A stretch of DNA of 64,000 nt, taken from Acidobacteriota bacterium. Lineage in GTDB: Bacteria > Acidobacteriota > UBA6911. Location of the stretch: the NCBI GenBank assembly GCA_963664705.1, contig OY761556.1:1952001-2016000 (forward strand), in the 5' to 3' direction. The notes beneath the pieces were generated by a model, which had not been told where the DNA came from, ran no database searches, and saw nothing but the letters and a program-made list of their open reading frames with translations. The position numbers and the translations under genes were made by a program. Of this stretch, positions 38,734-48,082 are shown piece by piece. Numbering within the stretch: position 1 is the stretch's first letter; each line of letters begins with the position of its first letter.

Positions 38734-40074
38734 ATGTCTTCAACGGCCGGCAACAGGGAAACCAGAAGCATGCTGCTGAACATCGGTCCGTCTCATCCCG
38801 CCATGCACGGTGTCATTCGGTTGATCACCGAACTGGATGGGGAAACGGTGACAAAGGTGGAGGCTGAGATCGGTTACCTTCACCGCGCATTTGAAAAAAG
38901 TTGCGAGAACTCAAGCTGGACCCAGGCGATTCCGTACACAGATCGACTTAACTATGTATCCCCCCTCATCAATAATTTCGGATATTGCGGGGCGGTGGAA
39001 AAGCTCCTGGGAATCAAGATCACGGAGAGGTGCGAATATGTCCGCGTGATCATGAGCGAAATTTCCCGAATCACCGACCATCTGACCTGCATCGCCGCAA
39101 GCGCCATGGAACTGGGCGCCATGACCGCCTTCTTGTATCTGATGAAGGCCAGGGAATATCTTTACGACGTTATTGAAGAGGTAACCGGAGCCCGGCTGAC
39201 CATTTCGTATGGACGCATCGGCGGTGTAAAAGGTGATCTGCCGGCGACATTTGAAGAGCAGACAGAAAAGGCGCTCAAGAAGTCCGAGAAAGAGATCCTG
39301 GATGTCGACAAGCTGCTGACGCGCAACAGAATCTTTGTGGATAGAACCCGTGATGTGGGAATTCTGACCAAAGAAGATGCCATCAGCTACGCAATAACAG
39401 GCCCCATGGGCCGTTCCGCCGGCATCAATTACGATGTTCGCAAAGCCTTTCCCTACTTCGCCTATGATCGAGTTGATTTCGACATTCCACTGGGGGAGCG
39501 AGGGGATAACTACGATCGCTACCTGGTCCGGATGGAAGAAATGCGACAGAGCATCCGCATCATCCGACAGTGTTTGAAGGATCTGCCCGGCGGGCCCACA
39601 AATGTCGACATGAAGGGAAGGGCGATCCCCTCGTTTCAGCTGGTCGACCAGGCCAAACTCGGAAAGACGGCAGGGCTCGTCAATGCCGTGGCGACCGTAG
39701 AGCCAACGCTGGAAGGCTCCGAGCGCCCCTATCACGACCGCATCATGTCTGAGGATAAACGCGTATCTCTGCCATCCAAGGCGGATACCTATGGCAACAT
39801 TGAAGGGCTGATGAATCACTTTAAGCTCATCATGGACGCTCACGGCATCCGGCCACCGGCTGGAGATACCTATTTCGCCGTTGAAGGCGCCAATGGTGAA
39901 CTTGGCTTCTACGTCGTCAGCAATGGCAAAGATCACCCTTACCGCGTTCACGTCCGCCCGCCTTGCTTTTTCGCAATGGCAGGGCTCCACAAAATGCTGG
40001 AGGGTTATATGGTCGCGGATATCGTGGCAACCTTCGGCTCCATCAATATGATCGCGGGAGAACTGGATCGATAG
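38734..40074 (+). CDS. nuoD: NADH-quinone oxidoreductase subunit D (copy 1, with internal insertion)
   Basis: NIGPSHPAMHG, IGYLHR, YTDRLNY, GELDR; no NiFe CxxC motifs. Confidence 0.93.
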   Translation: MSSTAGNRETRSMLLNIGPSHPAMHGVIRLITELDGETVTKVEAEIGYLHRAFEKSCENSSWTQAIPYTDRLNYVSPLINNFGYCGAVEKLLGIKITERCEYVRVIMSEISRITDHLTCIAASAMELGAMTAFLYLMKAREYLYDVIEEVTGARLTISYGRIGGVKGDLPATFEEQTEKALKKSEKEILDVDKLLTRNRIFVDRTRDVGILTKEDAISYAITGPMGRSAGINYDVRKAFPYFAYDRVDFDIPLGERGDNYDRYLVRMEEMRQSIRIIRQCLKDLPGGPTNVDMKGRAIPSFQLVDQAKLGKTAGLVNAVATVEPTLEGSERPYHDRIMSEDKRVSLPSKADTYGNIEGLMNHFKLIMDAHGIRPPAGDTYFAVEGANGELGFYVVSNGKDHPYRVHVRPPCFFAMAGLHKMLEGYMVADIVATFGSINMIAGELDR

Positions 40075-40222
40075 CGCCATCGATCGATTACTCCCGACGG
40101 ATCTTCCGGAATGAGGGACAATCCCGGCTGGAACTGCTGGTGCTGTTGACTTCGCGGGCCAACCGATTGATCATTTAAACGAATACAGGGTTGGGAAGCA
40201 GCCCAGCCGCGAACAGGGATCT

Positions 40223-40978
40223 ATGACAGTCATCAAGTCAAAACGTGAAATCGACCTCATGCGAGAGGCCTGCCGAATCGTCGCCGTTGTTCTGCAGGAA
40301 CTGCGCTCATTATGCAAGCCCGGAGTCACTACCCGGGAATTGGATCACTTTGCCGAAGAGCGGACAAAAGAGCAGGGAGCAAAACCTGCATTCAAAGGGT
40401 ATCGGGGCTATCCCGGTTCACTTTGCACTTCCATCAATCAACAGGTGGTTCATGGCATCCCCGGAGATGTTGTTTTGAAAGAAGGAGATATCATTGGCCT
40501 CGATTTTGGAGTTCTCTATAAAGGCTATTTCGGAGATGGCGCGGTTACCGTCCCCATCGGTCCAGTTGCGCCTGAGATAGTGAAGCTCTTGAAGGTCACT
40601 GAAGAATGCCTCTACCTGGGCATTGAGAAAATGGTGCAGGAAAATCACCTTTCCGACCTGTCCAGGGCTATTCAAACGCACGCGGAATCCCAGGGATTCA
40701 GTCTCGTGAAGGAATTCGGCGGTCATGGAATCGGCAAAAACCTCCACGAAGACCCGATGGTCCTTAATTATGTGGATAGCCGAAGTGGACGTGGGCAGCG
40801 GCTCAAACCCGGGTTGGTTCTTGCCGTTGAGCCTATGGTCAATATGGGAACAGACCAAGTCCAAATCCTCTCGGACGGCTGGACGGTTGTTACGCTGGAT
40901 GGGATGCCTTCTGCGCACTTTGAACACACTGTTGCCGTTACGGAAAACGGGCCCGAAATTCTTACGAAGGTTTCCTAG
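40223..40978 (+). CDS. map: Type I methionine aminopeptidase
   Basis: CTSIN..VHGIP, GHGIG..LHEDP, AVEPM, SAHFEHT. Confidence 0.97.
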   Translation: MTVIKSKREIDLMREACRIVAVVLQELRSLCKPGVTTRELDHFAEERTKEQGAKPAFKGYRGYPGSLCTSINQQVVHGIPGDVVLKEGDIIGLDFGVLYKGYFGDGAVTVPIGPVAPEIVKLLKVTEECLYLGIEKMVQENHLSDLSRAIQTHAESQGFSLVKEFGGHGIGKNLHEDPMVLNYVDSRSGRGQRLKPGLVLAVEPMVNMGTDQVQILSDGWTVVTLDGMPSAHFEHTVAVTENGPEILTKVS

Positions 40979-40986
40979 ACCTATTA

Positions 40987-41775
40987 ATGATTACGCAAAT
41001 ACTCCCCTACATGCGTTGCCCAGGCTGCTTTTCGCCGGAATTGCGCCCTGTCTCCGAGGCAATTGAATGTCCCAACTGCGGGGTTCATTTCCCGATCAAA
41101 AACGACATTCTGGACTTGCTAGGCAGCAAATCGGATGAAGTGATCACGCCATTTCAACGCCTGATGCAGACACCGCTCATTGTCTCTATCTACGAAAAGC
41201 ACTGGCGCAAAGTGGGCTACTTTCTGGCCAGTTCCAGATCGTTTACACGGGAAATGGAAACGGTTCTACATTTCGGAAAGAAGGTCTCGCCCGATCGAGC
41301 TATCGATCTGGCCTGTGGTCCCGGCGTCTTTACGCGTCCTCTCGCACAAATCACCAAAGGCCCGGTCGTTGGGATCGATCTCTCGTGGCCAATGCTGAAC
41401 CACGCGCAAAAAGTATTGCGGAAAGAAGGGCAGGGTGACGTTCACTTTGTGAGAGCCAGCGCATTCAGCCTTCCCTTCGTGGATAACGCATTGCCTTTCG
41501 TCAATTGCTGCGGCGCTTTGCATCTTTTTGACAGGCCGTCCGATGCCCTGGCTGAAATCGCGAGAGTTCTGAAACCCGGCGGTCACCTTTGCGTTCAGAC
41601 CACCATCCGCCCTAATCGATCGGCCGGATTTGCCTTTTTTCTCGAGCGCTTTATCCGTTTTGGTTTCTTTGATGAAATCGAACTTAGAGAAAAACTCCAG
41701 GCCCATGGATTTCACATTCTGGAAAGTGAGCGACATCGCATCAGCTTCACCTTCCTGGCGTCCCTGAGCAAGTAG
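40987..41775 (+). CDS. Class I SAM methyltransferase with N-terminal Zn ribbon
   Basis: CPGC/CPNC, DLACGPG, GIDLS..ML, RVLKPGG. Confidence 0.85.
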   Translation: MITQILPYMRCPGCFSPELRPVSEAIECPNCGVHFPIKNDILDLLGSKSDEVITPFQRLMQTPLIVSIYEKHWRKVGYFLASSRSFTREMETVLHFGKKVSPDRAIDLACGPGVFTRPLAQITKGPVVGIDLSWPMLNHAQKVLRKEGQGDVHFVRASAFSLPFVDNALPFVNCCGALHLFDRPSDALAEIARVLKPGGHLCVQTTIRPNRSAGFAFFLERFIRFGFFDEIELREKLQAHGFHILESERHRISFTFLASLSK

Positions 41776-41964
41776 CCGGAATTATTTCGCGATAATTATC
41801 TGATTTAACAAGAGATATTTTATTCGGCACGACTGCGCGCCTCGGAAGGGAACGCGAAACCCACCTGAAAAGCCCGCCTGTCGGGATGGTCAGGCTCCGG
41901 GATCGGATTGCCTTCCATTTTCCGGGAAAAACCATGATCGCATCTTGGCAAATCTTTGTTGAAG

Positions 41965-41989
41965 ATCATTTGCAAAGTAATGATATGAT
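41965..41989 (+). promoter_or_regulatory. Extended -10 promoter overlapped by an inverted repeat (candidate operator)
   Basis: ATCATT-N8-AATGAT (41965-41984) overlapping TG-A-TATGAT upstream of the Fur fusion. Confidence 0.35.
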
Positions 41990-42022
41990 AGAGAGCCGTG
42001 CATAGATGGAGGAGCGAAGAAA

Positions 42023-42991
42023 ATGTCACTGAGAAAATTGAAGGAAGAAACCGAACTCTTTTATAGTTACTTGCGACAGAACGGACTCAAGAAGACCTAT
42101 CAGAAAGATCTGATCCTGGAAACATTTTTAAATACGGAAGGTCATCTCAGTGTTGAAGATATCTATGCTCTGGTAAAGAAAAAGGATAAGAAAGTCGGTG
42201 TCGTAACTGTCTTTCGCACCCTCAAATCGCTCACAGCCTGCGGTATTGCACGGGAAATAACACTTGGAGACGGCTTAACCCGGTTCGAACACAGCTACCA
42301 CCATCCGCATCACCATCACATCGTTTGCACCGAATGTCACCGTGCAATTGAATTCGTCTGCCCCGAACTGGAAAGAATTCAGGACGAGATCATTCAGCGC
42401 TATCATTTCCAACCGATTCACCACCGATTTCAAACCTATGGCATTTGCGAAGACTGCAGGGAACACAGGCCAATTGCTGAAACGCAAAAACACGATACCG
42501 AGCGAATCTTCGCCCGTGATGCCGTAAAAATGGCCCTCAGCATGGAACAGCGCTGCCTTGACTTTTATCGCGATGCGGCGCGGCGCAATCAGGATGATGG
42601 CGGCCGTGATGTGTTTGAGCGGATGGCGCAAGAAGAAGAACGACATATTGCCGAACTGAATGCTAAACTTGAAGAGATTGTCCGGCAGGAAAAGGATCTT
42701 GAACACGCTTCGATATTCTTGCACTTTGATCCGTGTGAATTGGAAGCACTGATTCCGGATCTGAAAAAATTCGAAAATACCGGCGAATTCCGTCTGGATA
42801 CCAAGACGGCAACAGAGCTTGCGCTTTCACTGAATAGCAGCCTGGCCGATTTCTTCAGGAAGTTTGCCGACAGATTTGCGGAAACGCAAGGGAAGCAGGT
42901 ACTGATCAGTTTTGTCAATCAGGAGAATGAACACAATGATCTCCTGCGGCAGCGTATGGAAGGGATGCTGAGCGTGGCAAACGCCGGATAA
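42023..42991 (+). CDS. Fur-family regulator fused to a ferritin/rubrerythrin-like domain
   Basis: HLSVEDIY, TVFRTL, HHHHIVCTEC, GICEDC, then MEQRCLDFY...EEERH and QENEH. Confidence 0.85.
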   Translation: MSLRKLKEETELFYSYLRQNGLKKTYQKDLILETFLNTEGHLSVEDIYALVKKKDKKVGVVTVFRTLKSLTACGIAREITLGDGLTRFEHSYHHPHHHHIVCTECHRAIEFVCPELERIQDEIIQRYHFQPIHHRFQTYGICEDCREHRPIAETQKHDTERIFARDAVKMALSMEQRCLDFYRDAARRNQDDGGRDVFERMAQEEERHIAELNAKLEEIVRQEKDLEHASIFLHFDPCELEALIPDLKKFENTGEFRLDTKTATELALSLNSSLADFFRKFADRFAETQGKQVLISFVNQENEHNDLLRQRMEGMLSVANAG

Positions 42992-43085
42992 CCTTCACGC
43001 GTGTGAGGGAATCGCTGGAGAGATCCAGCCATGCGGCGCCGGTGCCCGTCCAGTTTATGCAAATAATCCGCTCGAAGGTTAGCGT

Positions 43086-43577
43086 ATGATCCAAAAGCCT
43101 CTGAACAGGATTGAACGAATTTACCTGATTGAGGTAATTCGCGGGCTCATGTTGACAGCTCGTCACTTTTTTATCAATTTCCCGCGGCATGTAGTGCGCG
43201 GCGTCGGGATTAAGATAGGCAAAGGGGAAACCGTTACCATCGAATATCCCGAGGAACGAAGGCCGTTTGCCAGAAGACTCCGCACGCGCCATCGACTGAC
43301 CAAACGGGACGACGGATCCCCGCGCTGCGTCGCCTGCATGATGTGCGAGACAATCTGCCCCGCGCAGTGCATTCACATAATCGCCAAAGAAAATCCTGAT
43401 CCCGATATCGAAAAGATGCCCCGTACCTTTGACATTGATATCGGAGTCTGCGTTTTCTGCGGATTTTGTGTAGAGGCGTGCCCGGAAGATGCCATCCGAA
43501 TGGATACGGGAATCGTCGAAATGGCTTCCTACACGCGGGAAGGCATGATCTTTCGAATGGATCAGCTGCTTCAGTAA
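43086..43577 (+). CDS. nuoI: NADH-quinone oxidoreductase subunit I (copy 1)
   Basis: TIEYPEE, CVACMMCETICP, CVFCGFCVEACP.DAI. Confidence 0.93.
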   Translation: MIQKPLNRIERIYLIEVIRGLMLTARHFFINFPRHVVRGVGIKIGKGETVTIEYPEERRPFARRLRTRHRLTKRDDGSPRCVACMMCETICPAQCIHIIAKENPDPDIEKMPRTFDIDIGVCVFCGFCVEACPEDAIRMDTGIVEMASYTREGMIFRMDQLLQ

Positions 43578-43824
43578 AAAGAAGACGGGAGTCCGGCGAC
43601 GACTGTTTCCTGATTCCTGCCTCCTTCTTGACTGCACCAGTCTTGAGTTGTACTATTAAAACTTTGTAATTGCTCAATTTATAGCTGCTTAGACCGGGTA
43701 CATATTTTCAGGGGATAATCTCGGATCCCGGATTTGCATGACTCGGTGCTTTGCTCCCGCAAGCACGAAGATCCCCGTTCCGAAATCGTCTGCTGAATAT
43801 AAAAGCTTCCCAGAAGAGGTGACC

Positions 43825-45231
43825 TTGAGCGCAGAGTCCGTTCTCTATGACGTCGCAGTGATTGGCAGTGGTCCAGGGGGCTATGTGGCCGCCATTAAGG
43901 GCAGCCAGTTAGGCCTTCAGGTCGCTCTTATAGAAAAATATTCGAAATTCGGCGGCACGTGCCTGCATTGGGGATGCATCCCGACAAAAGCCTTTTTGCT
44001 GAATGCAGATATCTATGACAAGGCCCTGCACGGAAAAGAATTCGGGATTCTATACTCAGACATTAATCTCGACTTTCGGCTGGTAAAAGCCCGCAAGGAC
44101 AAGCTGGTCAAGAAGCTCTCGATGGGCACCGATTTCCTGATGAAAAAGAACAGAATTACCACCTTCCGAGGCAAAGGAAGGCTGACGGCAATCGGCACGG
44201 TGCAGGTCGAAGGGGAAACCGTGGAAGAGGTGCGGGCAAAAAATACCATTGTGGCTACCGGATCCGAGGCCAAGCTGCTGCCGGGATTGGAACTGGACGG
44301 GCAGTACATTCTGACCAACAAAGAAATTCTCGATCTGGAAAGTGTGCCCAAATCCCTGCTGGTGATTGGTGCGGGAGCGGTGGGAGTTGAATTTGCCTCC
44401 ATCTTTTCGCGCTTCGGCAGCGATGTGACGATCGTGGAAATGTTGCCCAGGGTGCTGCCGCTTGAAGATCAGGAAATTTCCGAGGAAGTTGGCCGCATAT
44501 TAAGCAGGAAGAAAATCAAGCTGCACCTGGGCGCGCGCCTTGAAGATATCAAGGTTCAGGATGGAGCCGTTCATGCACAAATCACAGTCCCGGGCGGGGA
44601 AGCCAGGACGATTATTGCGGAAAAAGCGTTGATCGCAGTTGGACGCCGGCCTGTCAGCGAGGAAATCGGACTGGAAAAGCTGCGCATTGAAACATCCCGT
44701 GGGTTTATTCCCGTAGATAAGAACATGCAGACCAATGTGCCTGGTGTTTTCGCGATTGGAGATGTTATCCCCACCCAGGCTTTGGCTCACCTGGCATCCC
44801 ACGAAGGCGTTCATGCCATGGAGTATATTGCAAACCGGAATCCAATCCCTCTCAACTACGAACTGGTTCCCAATTGCACTTTCTGTCAGCCGGAGGTTGC
44901 CAGCATCGGGTTATCGGAAGCAGCGGCTCGCGAACGAGGGTTCGATGTCGTCACGGCCAAATTCCCCTTTGCAGCCATTGGGAAAGCCACCATCCTTGGC
45001 GAAAACGACGGGTTCGTGAAGCTGGTAAGCGAAAAGAAATATAAACAGATTCTGGGTGTTCATATGATTGGGCCGCATGTAACGGAGATCATCTCGGAAG
45101 GCGCGGCACTGATCGGTCTCGAGGCAACCGCGGCAGATCTGTCTCATTTGATTCATCCGCACCCCACGGTGTCGGAGGGGATCATGGAAGCGGCTCATGC
45201 CCTGTATAGCGGCTCCGCCATCCATATCTAG
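43825..45231 (+). CDS. lpdA: Dihydrolipoyl dehydrogenase
   Basis: GSGPGGY, GGTCLHWGCIPTK, GAGAVG, HPHPTVSE; start trimmed (TTG 43825 or GTG 43819). Confidence 0.95.
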   Translation: MSAESVLYDVAVIGSGPGGYVAAIKGSQLGLQVALIEKYSKFGGTCLHWGCIPTKAFLLNADIYDKALHGKEFGILYSDINLDFRLVKARKDKLVKKLSMGTDFLMKKNRITTFRGKGRLTAIGTVQVEGETVEEVRAKNTIVATGSEAKLLPGLELDGQYILTNKEILDLESVPKSLLVIGAGAVGVEFASIFSRFGSDVTIVEMLPRVLPLEDQEISEEVGRILSRKKIKLHLGARLEDIKVQDGAVHAQITVPGGEARTIIAEKALIAVGRRPVSEEIGLEKLRIETSRGFIPVDKNMQTNVPGVFAIGDVIPTQALAHLASHEGVHAMEYIANRNPIPLNYELVPNCTFCQPEVASIGLSEAAARERGFDVVTAKFPFAAIGKATILGENDGFVKLVSEKKYKQILGVHMIGPHVTEIISEGAALIGLEATAADLSHLIHPHPTVSEGIMEAAHALYSGSAIHI

Positions 45232-45237
45232 ACAGCC

Positions 45238-45984
45238 GTGAGTGATCATAAAATCTGCATTGCCGTGTGGTGTGGCCAGCTTCCATATGCTGAAGCGCTG
45301 GAATTGCAGATGCAGATCTGTGCGCTAAAAAAAGCCGGCTATGAAAGGGATGTTCTGCTTCTTCTGGAACACCCCCCTGTGATTACGCTTGGGCGAAATG
45401 CCAAGGGCGATCACCTGCTTGTCAGCGAAACCCTATTGAAAGCCAGGAATGTGGAGCTTTGGAATGTAGACCGCGGAGGCGATATTACCTTTCATGGCCC
45501 GGGGCAACTGGTCGGGTATCCGATTCTGTCCCTCGGAACCGGGGAAAAGGATGTCCACCGCTACATGAGGAATCTTGAAGAAAGTCTGATCCGAATGCTC
45601 TCAGATTACGATATTAAAGGTGTACGCGATTCACGGTTTACCGGCGTATGGACCGATAGCGGAAAGATCGCGGCCATGGGTGTTCACATCAGCCGGTGGA
45701 TTACGCGCCATGGTTTTGCATTGAATGTTCAGACAGACCTTTCCTATTACGATCTGATTGTACCCTGCGGGATTGTGGGAAAGAGCGTGACCTCAATGCA
45801 AAAACTCCTCGCACGCTCCCTGGACATCGTGGAAATCGCGGAGCGTTACGTCGTGGAATTCGGTCAGGTTTTTGAAAGAAGTATGTTGCGCATGAGCCTC
45901 TCGGAATTGAGAGAGGAACTCCAAGGCCGGCAGGGAAGTACAAAGGACCAGTACGCACATGCCAGCGCAGATTCCACGGGCTAG
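45238..45984 (+). CDS. lipB: Lipoyl(octanoyl) transferase
   Basis: LEHPPVITLG, RGGDITFHGPGQ, KIAAMG, HGFALN, IVPCG. Confidence 0.95.
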   Translation: MSDHKICIAVWCGQLPYAEALELQMQICALKKAGYERDVLLLLEHPPVITLGRNAKGDHLLVSETLLKARNVELWNVDRGGDITFHGPGQLVGYPILSLGTGEKDVHRYMRNLEESLIRMLSDYDIKGVRDSRFTGVWTDSGKIAAMGVHISRWITRHGFALNVQTDLSYYDLIVPCGIVGKSVTSMQKLLARSLDIVEIAERYVVEFGQVFERSMLRMSLSELREELQGRQGSTKDQYAHASADSTG

Positions 45985-46069
45985 ATCGCGGAATTCGGGT
46001 CCTGCTGAAGGGCGGAAAAGCCGAGCATTGCATCAGACGGAGCAACACTGAATCGGAGGGACAATTGCC

Positions 46070-47449
46070 ATGGCAACCAAAGTGACGATGCCGCAGATGG
46101 GCGAATCCATTTTTGAAGGCACCATAACCAAATGGCTGAAGAAAGTTGGAGATACTGTTGCTCGAGACGAACCTCTGTTCGAAATCTCCACCGACAAGGT
46201 GGATTCGGAGATTCCGTCGCCCGCATCAGGGACTTTAAGCCAGATCTTGGTTCCGGAGGGCAGCACCGTTCAAATCAATACCGTCCTGGCAATAATCAAT
46301 GGCGAAGGAATTGCCGAGGCACCGGAAGCGATGACAAAGCCGCGCGATCTCGCGCCGCAGGAGATTCCGGAAGAAGCTCCGGCAAAGGCACCCGAACCCA
46401 GCGCTCCGCCGGTTGTTGAGCCCGAGAAGCCTCCGCTTCCGAAAGCCGCTGCACCTCAGCCGCCCAAACCGATCGAAGCGCTGCCGGGAATCCGAGCCCA
46501 GGATATTCGGACTTCGCCACTGGTGCGCCGGCTTGCGCGTGAAAACAACATCGACCTTTCGCAGGTGCGCGGCACTGGAATGGAGGGGCGCATCACAAAG
46601 GACGATGTCCTGAACTACCTGACGCAGCGCTCGGCCGCTCCTGCAGCCGAACCGCCCCAGGCCCGGCCACAACCGGCAGAACCTCCGGTTGCTGCGCCAG
46701 TAGTCTTCGAAAAGCCGGCGGAACCGGTACGACCTCCGTCAGAAACTCCCTTTGTCGGAGAGAGCGAAGTTGTTCCCATGAGCCCCATGCGCAGAGCCAT
46801 TGCAGAGCATATGGTTCTCAGCAAGCGAACCTCCGCTCACGTAAATACGGTGTTCGAGGTCGATGTAACACCGCTCGTGCGTCTGCGCGAGGCCCACAAA
46901 TCCGAATTTGAAAAGCGCGAGGGAATCCCTCTGACATTTACACCCTTCTTTGCCAAAGCTCTGGTCGACAATGTTCGGGAATTCCCTGTTTTCAATACCT
47001 CCGTGTCGGGCGATAGCATTGTCTACAAAAAATCGGTCAATCTCGGGGTTGCGGTCGCACTCGAAGCCGGCCTGCTGGTCCCGGTAGTCAAAGAAGCTCA
47101 CCTGAAAAACTTCACGGGCCTGGCCCTTGCTATCCACGATCTGGCGGATCGGGCACGTACCAAGAGACTGAAACCGGATGAGGTACAAAACGGGACCATC
47201 AGCATGACCAACCCGGGAAGCTACGGCTCTCTTTTCAACACGCCCATTATCAGCCAGCCGCAGGTTGCCATTCTTGGAATCGGGGGAATAGAAAAACGTC
47301 CGGTAGTTATTCAGGACGCCATCGCCATTCGTTCCATGGTCATTCTATCTCTTACCTTCGATCATCGCGTTATTGACGGAGCGGTAGCGGACCAATTCAT
47401 GGCCAAACTGAAACAGCGGTTGCAGGCTTGGGCTGAGTGGACGGAATAG
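46070..47449 (+). CDS. sucB: 2-oxo acid dehydrogenase E2 (SucB/DlaT-type dihydrolipoamide acyltransferase)
   Basis: Lipoyl domain STDKVD, PSBD SPLVRRLA..GTG..GRITK.D, and DHRVIDG. Confidence 0.88.
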   Translation: MATKVTMPQMGESIFEGTITKWLKKVGDTVARDEPLFEISTDKVDSEIPSPASGTLSQILVPEGSTVQINTVLAIINGEGIAEAPEAMTKPRDLAPQEIPEEAPAKAPEPSAPPVVEPEKPPLPKAAAPQPPKPIEALPGIRAQDIRTSPLVRRLARENNIDLSQVRGTGMEGRITKDDVLNYLTQRSAAPAAEPPQARPQPAEPPVAAPVVFEKPAEPVRPPSETPFVGESEVVPMSPMRRAIAEHMVLSKRTSAHVNTVFEVDVTPLVRLREAHKSEFEKREGIPLTFTPFFAKALVDNVREFPVFNTSVSGDSIVYKKSVNLGVAVALEAGLLVPVVKEAHLKNFTGLALAIHDLADRARTKRLKPDEVQNGTISMTNPGSYGSLFNTPIISQPQVAILGIGGIEKRPVVIQDAIAIRSMVILSLTFDHRVIDGAVADQFMAKLKQRLQAWAEWTE

Positions 47450-47462
47450 GCCGGAGCAGGAG

Positions 47463-48071
47463 ATGAAGCTGCGAATCGTCGCGCTGCGCCTGTCGATCGC
47501 GTTGCTGTATGTGCTGGGCGCATGCCACGCATTTTCCAGCCCGGCCGCGGATATCGGATCAAAAATTGCAAATTTTCAGCTCACGGATAATTCCGGCGAG
47601 TCCTGGTCGCTGCGAAACTATGCGGGAAAGACCGTGGTGCTTGTTTTTTGGTCCTGCAAATGTCCTATTTCTCTTTCCTACGATAGCCGCGTGGAAGAAC
47701 TCCGAACCCGCTATGCAGCCCAGGGGATCGTTGTAGCCGGAGTCGCTTCCAATACCAACGAGACCCCCGAGGAAATCCGAGCCAACCTCGCCAACAGGAA
47801 AATGCTTCTTCCCGTTCTCCTGGATTCCGAAGGAAACCTTGCGGAAAAATTGGGGGCAACCCACACACCCAGCGTCTTCGTTATTGATGGAAATGAAATA
47901 TTGCGATACAAAGGCGCCTTCGACAACAACAAAAAGCCCGGGGAATCCGGGCGGATTGCCTACGTCGAGGAAGCGCTGAATGCTATTCTGGCTGGTCAGG
48001 AAATTCGGCTGAAGGAAACGGGCTCCTTCGGTTGTGGCATCAAGCAGGGAAGAGCCGCCTCAGGGCGATAG
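47463..48071 (+). CDS. Exported redoxin/AhpC-TSA-like protein
   Basis: Signal peptide, FWSCKCP, GATHTP, RYKGAFD, GCGIK. Confidence 0.8.
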   Translation: MKLRIVALRLSIALLYVLGACHAFSSPAADIGSKIANFQLTDNSGESWSLRNYAGKTVVLVFWSCKCPISLSYDSRVEELRTRYAAQGIVVAGVASNTNETPEEIRANLANRKMLLPVLLDSEGNLAEKLGATHTPSVFVIDGNEILRYKGAFDNNKKPGESGRIAYVEEALNAILAGQEIRLKETGSFGCGIKQGRAASGR

Positions 48072-48082
48072 TAGTGCTCTTC

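Noticed and set aside
38734-40074. NuoD copies as possible group 4 NiFe hydrogenase large subunits
   Set aside because: Neither copy has the N- and C-terminal CxxC Ni ligands, and both end in GE[LI]DR.
41844-41916. GGAAGG...CCTTCC-bounded segment resembling tRNA-Sec, 6S RNA or a riboswitch
   Set aside because: No UCA anticodon arm or T-loop, and only short stems (GCCTG/CAGGC). I cannot match it to a known family by eye.
41747-41935. Minus-strand ORF containing IPTGGLFRWVS, similar to a steroid 5-alpha-reductase motif
   Set aside because: Short, no flanking similarity or TM segments, and it overlaps the methyltransferase end. Probably chance.
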